DNA of 64,000 nt from an uncultured virus (IMG/VR IMGVR_UViG_2617271287_000001) (IMGVR_UViG_2617271287_000001:1-64000); one strand, 5' to 3'; numbered from the stretch's first letter, positions 29,924 to 39,960 are shown. Notes: generated from the letters alone by a model not told the origin. Made by a program: numbers and translations.

Positions 29924-30780
29924 GCGGGCTGATGCTGCAGGTGGTGCCGCCGGTACAGGTCAGGCCCGGCACCTGGCTGCAGCGCTTCGGCATTGGGCCG
30001 AAGTCGCTGCGCCCGCCTGTGGAGGTCGCCTGGTCGGGTGCCAGGCAGGCGATCTACCAGACCCTCGCCGTGAAGGTCACCCGTGAAGGGGAGGAGACCT
30101 CGGCGCGCAAGATCGCCACGCTGTATCGCGGGGCGGTTGTCACCGCGACTGCAATGACGGCGTCTTTCCAGGTCTACGAGGGCGAGACGGTGCAGCGCTT
30201 CGAGGCATCGGGCCTGCGCGGACAGTTCGTGATCCAGGTCACCGACGAAGGCGACCCGCGCCTGGGGATCATTCGCTGGCCGGTCCTCGATGCCGATACG
30301 CGCCTGCTGTCCTATGACCTGACCGAAGGCTCGGGCGGTCGAGATCCGACCGACCCAGCGAAGGTGCGGGCGGTCGTCACGGTCGACGGCGGTGCTGCGG
30401 CGCGCCAGGTGGTGGTCATCGAGCGCAAGCTCGATGGCGAATGGCGGGTGGCCGGCGTGGGGCAGACGGCCGAGTCCGGGCGCGCCGAAATCGCTCTGGA
30501 GGTGACGGCCGGCGGGACCACTTACGCGATGGGGCTGGATGACTGGGGCGCGGTGTTCGAGCCGCGTCTCGCCGTCAGCCTGGGCCAGCGCGTGCGTCCG
30601 ACGATCTTCTCTGGCTGGCTCTACGAGGTGACCGAGGCCGGGGTACTGCCGGCGGCTGAGCCGGAGTGGTGGCCGATTGAGGGCGACAACCCCAGCCGCC
30701 AGGTCGGCACGGCCCGTCTGCAGGCGACGCGTTACTACCGCCCGCTCAGCCACGGGCCCTTTCCTGTCGAGGCTCTATGA
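29920..30780 (+). CDS. Tail protein
   Basis: Coupled ORF starting MSGLMLQ. Confidence 0.7.
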   Translation: MSGLMLQVVPPVQVRPGTWLQRFGIGPKSLRPPVEVAWSGARQAIYQTLAVKVTREGEETSARKIATLYRGAVVTATAMTASFQVYEGETVQRFEASGLRGQFVIQVTDEGDPRLGIIRWPVLDADTRLLSYDLTEGSGGRDPTDPAKVRAVVTVDGGAAARQVVVIERKLDGEWRVAGVGQTAESGRAEIALEVTAGGTTYAMGLDDWGAVFEPRLAVSLGQRVRPTIFSGWLYEVTEAGVLPAAEPEWWPIEGDNPSRQVGTARLQATRYYRPLSHGPFPVEAL

Positions 30781-32537
30781 TCAATGCGAGTTTCGGCGCC
30801 CCCTGGCAGAGGGCGGCGCCGCTTTCCGTGCGCGCCGTCCTGCTGCGCTGGCAGCGCCTGGTGCTTGCCGATGCGCGTAGCGGCGGGCTGTGGGGCTCCG
30901 GCCGGCCCCTGGCACGGCGTTGCGCCAGTGGCTGGTCCGGTGTACCGGTGCGTGATGCGGGCTGGGGGAGTGGCTGGAAGCACGCCGAGCAGCGCAACGC
31001 GGCAGCCCGCAGCGCTTGGGACAGCACCCGGATGCTGGACGTGGAGAGAGAGCTAGGCTGGGATCGGACGCTGCGTCCGCGTGATCGGCGCCTGTCGCTG
31101 ATCTACAACCCGCGCCCCGCGGCCAAGGACGCCGGCCGTCCACCCGGCTGGCGGCGCTCGGCCGAGTTCGACCGCTTCCGCGATGCGCTCTCGGAGAGGC
31201 GTGCCAGTCTCTACATCCCGACCGGGCTGCTCGACTTCAATTTCGGCCCGACCCGCTACACCCCAGCGAACACGCCCGACGTGTTCTTCGACTTCCGCTA
31301 CGTGGCGCCGGTCCGTGGTGTCCGTCCGGTGGACGCCGGGGCGCGCAGCAGCTACGGCAGCCCGGCCCGCTTCGATGCGTTGCGGCGGATTCCCTGGGCA
31401 TGGGGGCGGCCGACCGATCCGGTGCCGACGGGCATTGTCTACCCCGACTATCCGGGGCCGGTGGTACCGATAGATCCACCCACCGAGCCCGAGATACTGG
31501 AGACCTACATGATAGGAAACACGGTCACCCTGGTGGTGCTGCCGAGTCGCACGCCGCTGGATGCGACCAGCATTCGCATCGGCCTGGATATCGACTCGTT
31601 CGCCTGGTCGTTCTCGGCTGACCTGTTCGGTCGCACCTCGCTGGACCTGGCGGCGCCGGATGCCAACGGGCCGAAGACGGTAGAACTGGAGATCAACGGC
31701 TGGACCTGGCGGTTTCTGGTCGAGCGTTACAGCGGCAGCGGCAAGCATCCGAGTGAGCGCTACACCATCAGCGGCGCGAGCCGCACCCAACTGCTTGACG
31801 CGCCCTATGCGCCGAAGCGCAGCGCGGTGAACACGGCGCCGCTGAACGCACGGCAGGTTGTCGACGACCAGTTGCAGTACACCGGCTTTTCAGTGTCCTG
31901 GGACGTCGAGAACATGGGGCCGCCGGACTGGACGCTGCCGGCCGGCGCCTTCAGCTATCAGGATCAGACGCCGATGCAGGTCATCGTCAAGCTGGCCGAG
32001 GTCGCCGGCGGCATCGTCCGTCCGGGCCTGATGGACGACTCGGTGACGATCCTGCCGCGGTATCGTGAGGCGACCTGGTACTGGGACACCGCAATTCCCG
32101 ACCGGATCATCCCGGCCGCCATCGTCGCCGAGTGGGGCAGCGAGTGGAGTCCCCAGCCGGCATGGAATTTCGTCTACGTCAGCGGTACCAGCTACGGCGT
32201 CAGCGTGCAGGTGCGGCGCGCCGGTACCGCCGGCGAGGAGTCGGCGCCTGATGTTATGGAGGACTGGATGACCGGCACCGAGGTGGCACGCTCGCGCGGG
32301 ATCTGCGAGTTGTCGAAGGGCGGCAACCAGGCGATCGAGACGCGGCGTATCCCGCTGTTCCAGAAGGATGATGGGGTACCGGGCCTGGTGCAGCCGGGAA
32401 TGCTGGTCGAGGTGAGGGACGAACAGGCGACCTGGCGCGGGCTCTGCCTGGCCACCGATATCTCGGCCGAGGGGGTAGGGGCTAGCCGCGTTTGGCAGAC
32501 CCTGCGCATCGAGCGCCACTACCCGGGAGGCTCCTGA
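30777..32537 (+). CDS. Tail hub-like protein
   Basis: Coupled 586-aa ORF in the tail module. Confidence 0.7.
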   Translation: MINASFGAPWQRAAPLSVRAVLLRWQRLVLADARSGGLWGSGRPLARRCASGWSGVPVRDAGWGSGWKHAEQRNAAARSAWDSTRMLDVERELGWDRTLRPRDRRLSLIYNPRPAAKDAGRPPGWRRSAEFDRFRDALSERRASLYIPTGLLDFNFGPTRYTPANTPDVFFDFRYVAPVRGVRPVDAGARSSYGSPARFDALRRIPWAWGRPTDPVPTGIVYPDYPGPVVPIDPPTEPEILETYMIGNTVTLVVLPSRTPLDATSIRIGLDIDSFAWSFSADLFGRTSLDLAAPDANGPKTVELEINGWTWRFLVERYSGSGKHPSERYTISGASRTQLLDAPYAPKRSAVNTAPLNARQVVDDQLQYTGFSVSWDVENMGPPDWTLPAGAFSYQDQTPMQVIVKLAEVAGGIVRPGLMDDSVTILPRYREATWYWDTAIPDRIIPAAIVAEWGSEWSPQPAWNFVYVSGTSYGVSVQVRRAGTAGEESAPDVMEDWMTGTEVARSRGICELSKGGNQAIETRRIPLFQKDDGVPGLVQPGMLVEVRDEQATWRGLCLATDISAEGVGASRVWQTLRIERHYPGGS

Positions 32538-32773
32538 TGGCGACGGTCAACCCCTGGCGTCGGTTCATCGGGCTCTTACCGGGCGGCGCGCGCACGGTGG
32601 GGGAGGTGATCGACGTCGACGAGGGCGCCGGCACCTGCCGCGTCCGCCTGCGAAACAACGTCGTGATCGCGGCCCGGGGCACGGCGGTGCCGGCCGGGCA
32701 GATGGCGTTCATCAGCGATGGCCTGGTGACCGGGCCGGCGCCGCAGCTCCCCCAGTTCGATATCGAGGTTTGA
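32537..32773 (+). CDS. Small tail protein
   Basis: GGAGG RBS; MATVNPWRRF. Confidence 0.7.
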   Translation: MATVNPWRRFIGLLPGGARTVGEVIDVDEGAGTCRVRLRNNVVIAARGTAVPAGQMAFISDGLVTGPAPQLPQFDIEV

Positions 32774-32923
32774 CTGAGCCGATCCGACCAGCATGCCGTC
32801 CAGGCACTGCAGGCGGTCGGATCCGCGTTTCAAGGTGAGCGGATCGCGTGCGGAGATCCACCAGCCATCGCGCAAGAGCTGATCAACATGGGCGCGCAGC
32901 CCGGGGAACATCCGTTTATTCAT
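32576..32923 (-). CDS. Small protein antisense to the late operon
   Basis: AGGAGG RBS before MNKRMFPGL; 3' part overlaps the tail gene. Confidence 0.5.
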   Translation of the reverse strand: MNKRMFPGLRAHVDQLLRDGWWISARDPLTLKRGSDRLQCLDGMLVGSAQSNLDIELGELRRRPGHQAIADERHLPGRHRRAPGRDHDVVSQADAAGAGALVDVDHLPHRARAAR

Positions 32924-33018
32924 CGTGGTTCGCCTCCTACCTGGCAAGCGAACGATAGCAAACCGGAACCCCTTCACGCCTACCGATAGCAGAGCATTAA
33001 CGTTACTGGAGAGAACCG

Positions 33019-33648
33019 ATGCTGATTACCGAGCAGCAGCTGCTGCAGATATTTCCGAACGCCGGCCCGCAAGCCGGCGTTTTTGTTGGTGCGTTGAACC
33101 GCGGGATGACTCGCTTCGGTATCACTTCGCCCGTGCGAGTCGCCGCGTTTCTCGCCCAGGTCGGCCACGAGAGCAGCCAGTTGACCCGGCTGGTGGAGAA
33201 CCTCAACTACAGCGCGCGCGGTCTGGCGGCGACCTGGCCGAGCCGGTACCGCAGCGCCGACGGCAAGCCGAACGCTCTGGCCCTGAACCTGGCGCGGCAT
33301 CCGCAGGCTATCGCGAACAACACCTATGCCTCGCGCAATGGCAACGGAGACGAGGTGTCCGGTGACGGCTGGCGGTACCGCGGGCGCGGACTGCTACAGA
33401 TCACCGGCCGGTCAAACTATCGCGCTGCCGCCGCCGGGCTGGGTCAGCCGCTGGAAGCGGAGCCGGAACTGCTTGAGCAACCGGAGTGGGCGGCGCTGTC
33501 CGCCGCCTGGTGGTGGTCGACGCACGGCCTGAACGAACTGGCCGACCGGGGCGAGTTCGCTGCCATCACCCGCCGGATCAACGGCGGCCTGAATGGCCAG
33601 GCGGAGCGCCTGGCGCTGTGGGAGCGCGCCAAGGCGGTGCTGTCGTGA
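33019..33648 (+). CDS. Endolysin, glycoside hydrolase family 19
   Basis: FLAQVGHES, YRGRGLLQITGRSNY, ITRRINGG. Confidence 0.95.
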   Translation: MLITEQQLLQIFPNAGPQAGVFVGALNRGMTRFGITSPVRVAAFLAQVGHESSQLTRLVENLNYSARGLAATWPSRYRSADGKPNALALNLARHPQAIANNTYASRNGNGDEVSGDGWRYRGRGLLQITGRSNYRAAAAGLGQPLEAEPELLEQPEWAALSAAWWWSTHGLNELADRGEFAAITRRINGGLNGQAERLALWERAKAVLS

Positions 33649-34013
33649 TCTCGGCCCGCGTGATTTCGATCGCGCTGGCCTGCCTGCTATTGGTCGGCCT
33701 CGGCGCCGCCGGCGGTGGCTGGCTCGGCGCGCGGCACTACCGGCCGCAGCTCGATGCTGCGCTGGCGGATCTGGTCGCCTGCCGCGCCGCCAGGGGCGGC
33801 CTGGAGGACGCAGTGGCGGAGCAGGTCCGGCAGGTCGCCGCGCTGCGTCAGGCTGGCGAACAGCGGTCCCGGGATGCCGCGCAGGCGATGGGGCGGGGCC
33901 GGCAGCAGGCCGCCGAGCAGTATGCCGCGGCACAACACCTGCTGAGCCAGCGGACCGCCGGCGAGCAGTGCGCGGCTGCCGATGCGGTCATTGATCAGGA
34001 GCTGGGTCTATGA
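33645..34013 (+). CDS. i-spanin (Rz-like)
   Basis: N-terminal TM plus coiled coil after the lysin. Confidence 0.75.
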   Translation: MISARVISIALACLLLVGLGAAGGGWLGARHYRPQLDAALADLVACRAARGGLEDAVAEQVRQVAALRQAGEQRSRDAAQAMGRGRQQAAEQYAAAQHLLSQRTAGEQCAAADAVIDQELGL

Positions 34014-34270
34014 GGGTGGTGCTAATGCTGGTGATGGTTGCGCTGGCGGGATGCGCAGGCCAAGTCGAGCCTGAGCCGCGACCGGTGCGCGTGGAAGTGC
34101 CTATTGAGGTGCCGTGTCGTGCACCTGATATAGCAGAGCCGGCGTGGGCCACGGCGGGGCTGCGGAGAGACGACGACCTGCAAGTGAAGGTGCGCGCGTT
34201 GCTTGCGGAACGCCGGCAGAGGATCGGATACGAGGAGGAACTGAAGGCCGCCGTGGCGGCGTGCAAATAG
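34010..34270 (+). CDS. o-spanin lipoprotein (Rz1-like)
   Basis: Lipobox LAGC, Pro-rich. Confidence 0.8.
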   Translation: MRVVLMLVMVALAGCAGQVEPEPRPVRVEVPIEVPCRAPDIAEPAWATAGLRRDDDLQVKVRALLAERRQRIGYEEELKAAVAACK

Positions 34271-34384
34271 AAGGAGCGACCGCAACGGTGCTGTCACATC
34301 GTCGCGGTCGCTGAACCTGCAGACCTACCCTGCAAGCCCAGCCCAGGCTCCTGCCTCGTGCACGAAGCGAGCGGAGCCTAACAC

Positions 34385-34400
34385 CTGTTTATTCATACAG
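34385..34400. promoter_or_regulatory. LexA (SOS) box
   Basis: CTGTTTATTCATACAG fits CTG-N10-CAG with an AT-rich core. Confidence 0.65.
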
Positions 34401-34414
34401 TAAAGGCTTGCAAT

Positions 34415-35218
34415 ATGACCAGTCCTGTTTTCCCCTGGATGGGCGGAAAGCGGCGCCTTGCCGACCGTCTCATCCCTCTCTTCCCGCCCCATGAATGCTA
34501 TGTCGAGGCCTTCGCCGGTGGTGCGGCGTTGTATTTTCTGCGTCCAGTTCCTGCTCAGACTGAGGTGCTGAACGACTTGAACGGCGATGTCGTGTGCCTC
34601 TATCGGGTGGTGAAGCATCACCTCGAGGAGTTCGTGCGCCAGTTCAAGTGGGCGATCTCGTCGCGTCAGGTATTCGAGTGGCAGAAGATGACACGACCAG
34701 AGACGTTGACCGACATTCAGAGGGCCGCTCGTTTCTTCTACCTGCAGCACCATGCTTTCGGCGGTAAGGTCAGCGGGCAAACGTTCGGCACCGCGACAAC
34801 AGGCCCGGCCGTCAACCTCCTGCGCATCGAGGAAAACCTGTCAGCTGCATGGCAGCGGCTGGCGGGAACCTATGTTGAGAATCTGCCGTGGCTTGAGTGC
34901 GTTGAGCGCTACGATCGCCCGCACACCTTTCATTACATGGACCCGCCGTACTGGCAGACCGAGGGCTACGGCGTGGACTTCCCGTTCGAAGAGTACGAGC
35001 GGATGGCCGACTTCATGCGCCGCTGCAAGGGGAAGGTAATGGTCAGCATCAATGACCATCCAGATATCCGCCGGGTGTTCGAAGGCTTCCATATTGAGCG
35101 CCTGGATATCCGCTACAGCAACACCAACCAACGACAAGGCTCGGCCGAGGTCACTGGCGAGTTGGTGATCATGAACTGGGAGCCTGCCGCCCTGGGCGGT
35201 TTGTTCGTCGGGATGTAG
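34415..35218 (+). CDS. D12-class N6-adenine DNA methyltransferase
   Basis: WMGGK, YVEAFAGG, DPPY. Confidence 0.93.
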   Translation: MTSPVFPWMGGKRRLADRLIPLFPPHECYVEAFAGGAALYFLRPVPAQTEVLNDLNGDVVCLYRVVKHHLEEFVRQFKWAISSRQVFEWQKMTRPETLTDIQRAARFFYLQHHAFGGKVSGQTFGTATTGPAVNLLRIEENLSAAWQRLAGTYVENLPWLECVERYDRPHTFHYMDPPYWQTEGYGVDFPFEEYERMADFMRRCKGKVMVSINDHPDIRRVFEGFHIERLDIRYSNTNQRQGSAEVTGELVIMNWEPAALGGLFVGM

Positions 35219-35226
35219 CCTGTCAT

Positions 35227-35251
35227 GCCGGCCAACTGGCCGGCTTTTTTT
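35227..35251 (+). terminator. Intrinsic terminator
   Basis: GCCGGCCA-ac-TGGCCGGC followed by a T-run. Confidence 0.75.
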
Positions 35252-35287
35252 GGGCGTACACTAGTCGCTTTCCATTGAGGCCATGAA

Positions 35288-35407
35288 ATGCTGGTGATTC
35301 GGCTGAAAAGCAAGTGGACCCTGAAGTTGGACCGCCAGATAGGCAGTTCCGGCAAACACGGGATATGGGCATTCCACTGCTCTGAAAGCACTTTCGCGCC
35401 GTCTTCG
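35288..35407 (+). CDS. Partial phage protein cut by the gap
   Basis: MLVIRLKSKWTLKLDRQIGSSGKHGIWAFHCSESTFAPSS, open to the Ns. Confidence 0.55.
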
Positions 35408-35417
35408 NNNNNNNNNN
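35408..35417. other. Assembly gap (10 N)
   Basis: Run of N. Confidence 1.
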
Positions 35418-35744
35418 ATAGATCTATAGAGTTCCAATGAAGTCTGTAGATCATTGAGAAAGGGCCTTCGGGCCCTTTTTTCGTTCCGCCTCCAAGTCCC
35501 GTACCCGTTCGTGGAACGTCCGCGCCGAGGGGCGGTTCTCCTTGCCGCTTTCCCGGCGACCGGGGCCGTACGTTTCGCGAAGCCCTTCGTCTCGCCAGCG
35601 AGGCGGCTTGCCGCAAGATGCTGCCTCGGCACATCAGAAGTGTGGCTGTCGCACTCCAGGGGGGCTCGATTCATTGCACCTTGGACCGCCTTCGTGCGCC
35701 TGTTGCTTTGGCTGCCACGTTCGACCGAGCCGTCCCAAGGCCAG

Positions 35745-35950
35745 CGCTTCGGTATCGCAGCGCTTCGACGACCACTGAGAAGGTCGGCGAAGGTTGCCTC
35801 TGACTTGGGTGATAGAGGTAATAGCCCGGGAATGGATCGCACCAGCCTTCCAGCACGCTACCAGGTTGCCCTCGGCGATGTGCGGCTCGAACTGGGCTTT
35901 CGAGTGCAGGCATGCCACGGCCAGGGCGCACGTCATCGCAAGCGGCTTCA
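35745..35950 (-). pseudogene. Frameshifted LysR C-terminal fragment
   Basis: FEPHIAEGNLV in one frame, VLEGWCDPFPGYYLYHPSQRQPSPTF in another; no HTH. Confidence 0.7.
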
Positions 35951-36089
35951 TCGATCTAGCCGGCGACGCGAAAGAGTCGAGGGTTTTCGCGAGCCGGGCA
36001 TAAGGCGGCTGTCAGAGCGAGTGTCGACAGGCGTGGGTTCCTGGGAAAAGTATCCATCTACCTGCTAACATGGCGGCATCGTTGCCGAT

Positions 36090-39047
36090 GTGTCCGCAGG
36101 CTCTGGGCGCGGATGCCATGCCCTCTATCCGGCCGGAGAACTTTGCCATCGTAGACTCGACATGCTGACAAGGTCGTTGCTGTCCGCGGTCTTTTGCCTG
36201 TTGCTGATCGCTCTGCAGCCGCTGCCCGTCGAAGCCGAATCCATCCTGCCGGATGGGCGTACGACGACAACGATGCGTCCCTGGCTCGATAAACGAGCCA
36301 GGCAGTGGCTGGATGCACGGGAGCCGCTGACGGTAGGCGTGGTTTCCCCCGACTATCCGCCGTTGTCCATCTTCTACGCAGGCTCCTACAAGGGCTTCAC
36401 GGCCGATTACCTGGCCCTGGTGTTCGAGCGGCCGTTGCGCGTCAGGGACTTTCCGTCGCGGCAGGCGGCAATCGACGCGTTGTCGCAAGGGGAGATCGAC
36501 CTGCTTGGCGTCGGTAGCGAGGTCGAGGCCCGACAACACGGCTTGCTGGCATCCGCTGCGTATCTTTCCGACCGGCCGGTACTGGTGTCTTCCAGCGGTG
36601 CCCCGTTCGATTCGCAGGCGGAGTCCTGGCTGGCCACGGTCAAGGGCTATCTTCCCGCCGAACGTATCAAAGCTGCCTATCCGCACAGCAGGATCATCTG
36701 GTTCGACTCGCCGCAGCTTGCCCTGGAAGCGCTGAGCATGGGGGATGTCGATGGCGTGCTGGGGGACGCAGTTTCCACGCACTACCTCATCCAGACCCAT
36801 TACCTGCTGAACTTGCGCATCGAGAACTTCGCACCCATCGACAGCCAGGGTTTCCGTTTCCTGCTCCGGCCAGGTGACGAACCTCTGCTCGCGCTCATCG
36901 ATCGCGCCCTGCCGCATATTGGCGGGCGCTACGGCGACGAACTGTTGCGCAGCTGGAGCGCCGGGCGGCGCCTGCGCTTCGACGAGCCCCGGGTGACGCT
37001 GTCGCCGGCGGAGCAGCGTTGGCTCTCCGCGCACCCGGTCGTGCCGGTGGTGATCAACCATTCCCTTGGCGCGCTCGGGCAACTGGATAACGAGGGGAGG
37101 CTGAGTGGTATCGGGCGTGACTATCTGGACCTGATCGGCAAGCGCAGTGGCCTGCGGTTTTCCTTCACTGGAGCACGCAACTTCGTCGAGACGAAAAGTC
37201 GACTGGATGCGGAGGAGGCACTGGTTACGCCGACCATGCCTTCGTCGGAGCGCTTCGATTCCGGCCTCGAAGTGCTGACGCCCTATCTACGCAGCGCCAC
37301 GGTGCTGATGGGCGCCCGCCAGGGTGGCCGGGATGAAAGGGTGGGGCGTGTCCATGGCCTCGCGGACCTGGCGGGCAAGCGATTGGCGACGACGATTGGC
37401 TATTTTCTCAACGACTTCATTCGACGCGAACACCCGGAGATCAAGCTCCAGGTCTATCCGACCTTCCTCGCCGCCATGCGCAGCGTAGACGCCGGCCAGA
37501 GCGAGGCCGCCATCAGCAGCGACTATACCGGTCGCTATCTGTCCGCCCAGCATTTCGACAACCGGATCCAGGTCGTCGGTATCCTCGATGACCTCTCCAT
37601 CCCGATCAGCATCGGCGTGGCGAGGAACCAGCCGGAGCTGCAGGGCATCCTGGAGAAGGCGCAGCTGGCGATCGCTCCGGAAGAAGTGGCGGAAATCCTC
37701 CACCGCTGGGAGCCTCGCTTCGCCAAGGGAGGGGCGGACTTCTGGCGCGATCACCGGAGCAAGATTCTGCAGATCGGCGGATTGTTCGGCGTACTGATTT
37801 CCATCTCCCTCATCTGGGGTTTCTACCTGATGCGCCAGGTGCGCAAGACCCGCCAGGCAGAAGAGCAAGCCGACACTGCCAACCGTGCCAAGAGCGTGTT
37901 TCTTTCGACGATGAGTCACGAGATCCGTACGCCATTGAATGCGGTCATCGGCCTGCAGGAACTGGTGCTGAAAAAGGGCGAGAAGGGCGTGTTGGACCTA
38001 GATTCGCTGAGCATTGCCCAGGAGGCCGCCCAGGGGTTGCTGCTTCTGCTGGGCAATATTCTCGATTTGTCGCGGATCGAATCCGGTCGGTTCGATTCAG
38101 CTCCCGAACCAGTGCTTCCTGGTGAGTTGATCAGAGGAATCCTGCCGTTGGTTGGTGGGCTGACGCGGCAGAAGAATCTTTCCCTGGCACTGGAACTCGA
38201 CGGGGATCTCGAGCACTGGGTGCTGGTGGATCCCCTGCATTTCAAGCAGGTGTTGTTCAACCTGCTGGGCAATGCCATCAAGTTCACCGAGCGCGGAGGG
38301 GTAACGGTGCGGGCGGTGGGGCGGCGCGAGGCGGAGAGGCTTCATTTGCTGCTCGAGGTAAGCGACACCGGCCTCGGTATTTCGGAGGAGGACCAGGCCA
38401 GGCTGTTCCGGCCATTCTCGCAGGTCGGCTCGCCTGCGCTTGGCCAGGCGTCCGGCAGCGGCCTGGGGTTGTATATCAGCCGACGCCTGGTGCACCTGAT
38501 GGGCGGCCAGATCAGCCTGCGCAGCGAACTGGGCAACGGCTCCTGCTTCTCGGTCGAGTTCGATCTTCCGCTGACCGAGCCTCCGCCCAGCGAGTCCAGC
38601 GAAGCGCGTTCCGGAGTTGCCGAGGTCGAGGAGCGGAAAGAGGCAAGGGCGCTCTCGATATTGCTTGCGGAAGACCATCCGTTCAATCGGCTGACCCTGA
38701 CCATGCAATTGGAAAGCCTTGGGCACCGGGTGACCTCCACGGAAGATGGCGAGGAAGCATTCGAACGTTGGCAGGGCGAAGACTTCGACGTCGTGATTAC
38801 CGACGGCATGATGCCGCGGATGGATGGCTACGAGCTGGCGCGACGGATCCGGTCGCAAGAAGCCCTTGGCGGTCGGCGTCGCTGCTTGGTGATAGCGCTT
38901 ACCGCCAGCGCCGAGAAGGATGCGCTGGAGCGTTGCCTGGCTGCCGGCATGGACCGGGTCCTGTTCAAGCCGACTACGCTCGATGAGCTCGCTCGGGCGC
39001 TGAACGGGGGAGAGCCGCTCATGCCTACGAGCGTCGATTCGCAATGA
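36090..39047 (+). CDS. Hybrid sensor histidine kinase/response regulator, BvgS/EvgS-like (PA2583-like); start may be 36162
   Basis: Two periplasmic binding domains, TM, MSHEIRTPLN, NAIKFT, GSGLGL, receiver domain. Confidence 0.95.
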   Translation: MSAGSGRGCHALYPAGELCHRRLDMLTRSLLSAVFCLLLIALQPLPVEAESILPDGRTTTTMRPWLDKRARQWLDAREPLTVGVVSPDYPPLSIFYAGSYKGFTADYLALVFERPLRVRDFPSRQAAIDALSQGEIDLLGVGSEVEARQHGLLASAAYLSDRPVLVSSSGAPFDSQAESWLATVKGYLPAERIKAAYPHSRIIWFDSPQLALEALSMGDVDGVLGDAVSTHYLIQTHYLLNLRIENFAPIDSQGFRFLLRPGDEPLLALIDRALPHIGGRYGDELLRSWSAGRRLRFDEPRVTLSPAEQRWLSAHPVVPVVINHSLGALGQLDNEGRLSGIGRDYLDLIGKRSGLRFSFTGARNFVETKSRLDAEEALVTPTMPSSERFDSGLEVLTPYLRSATVLMGARQGGRDERVGRVHGLADLAGKRLATTIGYFLNDFIRREHPEIKLQVYPTFLAAMRSVDAGQSEAAISSDYTGRYLSAQHFDNRIQVVGILDDLSIPISIGVARNQPELQGILEKAQLAIAPEEVAEILHRWEPRFAKGGADFWRDHRSKILQIGGLFGVLISISLIWGFYLMRQVRKTRQAEEQADTANRAKSVFLSTMSHEIRTPLNAVIGLQELVLKKGEKGVLDLDSLSIAQEAAQGLLLLLGNILDLSRIESGRFDSAPEPVLPGELIRGILPLVGGLTRQKNLSLALELDGDLEHWVLVDPLHFKQVLFNLLGNAIKFTERGGVTVRAVGRREAERLHLLLEVSDTGLGISEEDQARLFRPFSQVGSPALGQASGSGLGLYISRRLVHLMGGQISLRSELGNGSCFSVEFDLPLTEPPPSESSEARSGVAEVEERKEARALSILLAEDHPFNRLTLTMQLESLGHRVTSTEDGEEAFERWQGEDFDVVITDGMMPRMDGYELARRIRSQEALGGRRRCLVIALTASAEKDALERCLAAGMDRVLFKPTTLDELARALNGGEPLMPTSVDSQ

Positions 39048-39137
39048 AAGTGCCCGACTGGTTGCCGTTTTGCGTGCCGCGAGCGGATGTATCGGGTAAT
39101 CTCTCGCAGAAATGAACCAGCACTAGTGAAGCGAACG

Positions 39138-39671
39138 ATGGGTTTTGAACAACTTGCCGAGCTGAGAGACCGTCTGCGCGCACAGGCGGCGCAGGCGAAA
39201 CCGGCTCAAACCAAAAGCTCCGCGGGACGCGCGAAGAAACGTGAAGCCGTCGAGCCGGGAGTCGAGGCTATCTGGAGGCTGCAACGGCATTTTCCGCTGG
39301 CGTTTCCGAAAAGTCCCGCGGCCAAGGTTCCGCTCAAGCAGGGTATTCTCCAGGATGCGCAGCAGCACCTCGAACTACTGGGAATCACCGCCGAACAACT
39401 GAAACAGGCCATCGCCACCTGGTGCCAGGGCAGCCGCTACTGGAGTTGTATGGTGGAAGATGCGCCGCGACTGGATCTGCAAGGCCAGGTTGCCGGCAAG
39501 GTAACCGCCGAGCAGGCGGTGTATGCGCGGCGGCAGGCGTCTCGCCGGCAGCGCGAGCAGATGCGCGAGAAGCGCGCCAAGCGTGCACAGGCGGGTGGCG
39601 AAGCGCCGGCCGCCACGGAGGCGCCGACGCCTGAAGCGCCCGCAACCGAAGCGAGCCCCGAGGCGAACTGA
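39138..39671 (+). CDS. proQ: ProQ/FinO-family RNA chaperone
   Basis: FPLAF...PLKQGI..D, RY, RLDLQG. Confidence 0.88.
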   Translation: MGFEQLAELRDRLRAQAAQAKPAQTKSSAGRAKKREAVEPGVEAIWRLQRHFPLAFPKSPAAKVPLKQGILQDAQQHLELLGITAEQLKQAIATWCQGSRYWSCMVEDAPRLDLQGQVAGKVTAEQAVYARRQASRRQREQMREKRAKRAQAGGEAPAATEAPTPEAPATEASPEAN

Positions 39672-39960
39672 TCGCCGGGGCAGGGCGCGTCGGATCCTGG
39701 CGCGCTCCTCGGTTGCCGGTCGCTGCGGGCCCATTTCGCGGACGTCTGGGCCCGTTTCTCCCGGCTTGTGCTACGCAATAGCCTGATCTGCAAAGTTTTT
39801 TTCGTAGAGCGCTTGCCAAGCTCGGCGAATCCGTCCATAATTGCGTCCATTCCAGCGATGGGTGAGCTAAAAATCTTTTGAAATCAAAGGGTTATAAGTT
39901 CAAAATCGCGCCAGGAAAGAAATTTCAGCGATATGCCAAACGCATGTCGCTTCGCTCAAA

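Larger units (their letters stand above)
1..35407. mobile_element. Prophage 1, lambdoid siphovirus-type. attL is outside the window and the right end is cut by the N gap.
   Basis: Ordered modules: int, early genes, repressor/cro, replication, holin, terminase, portal, capsid, tail, lysin, spanins, MTase. Confidence 0.95.

Noticed and set aside
25365..33000. Diversity-generating retroelement or invertible tail cassette
   Set aside because: No reverse transcriptase or invertase ORF, and no template/variable repeat pair seen
35408..35417. Treating prophage 1 as proven to be adjacent to the host kinase locus, or calling its attR
   Set aside because: An N gap intervenes, so adjacency and att repeats cannot be verified
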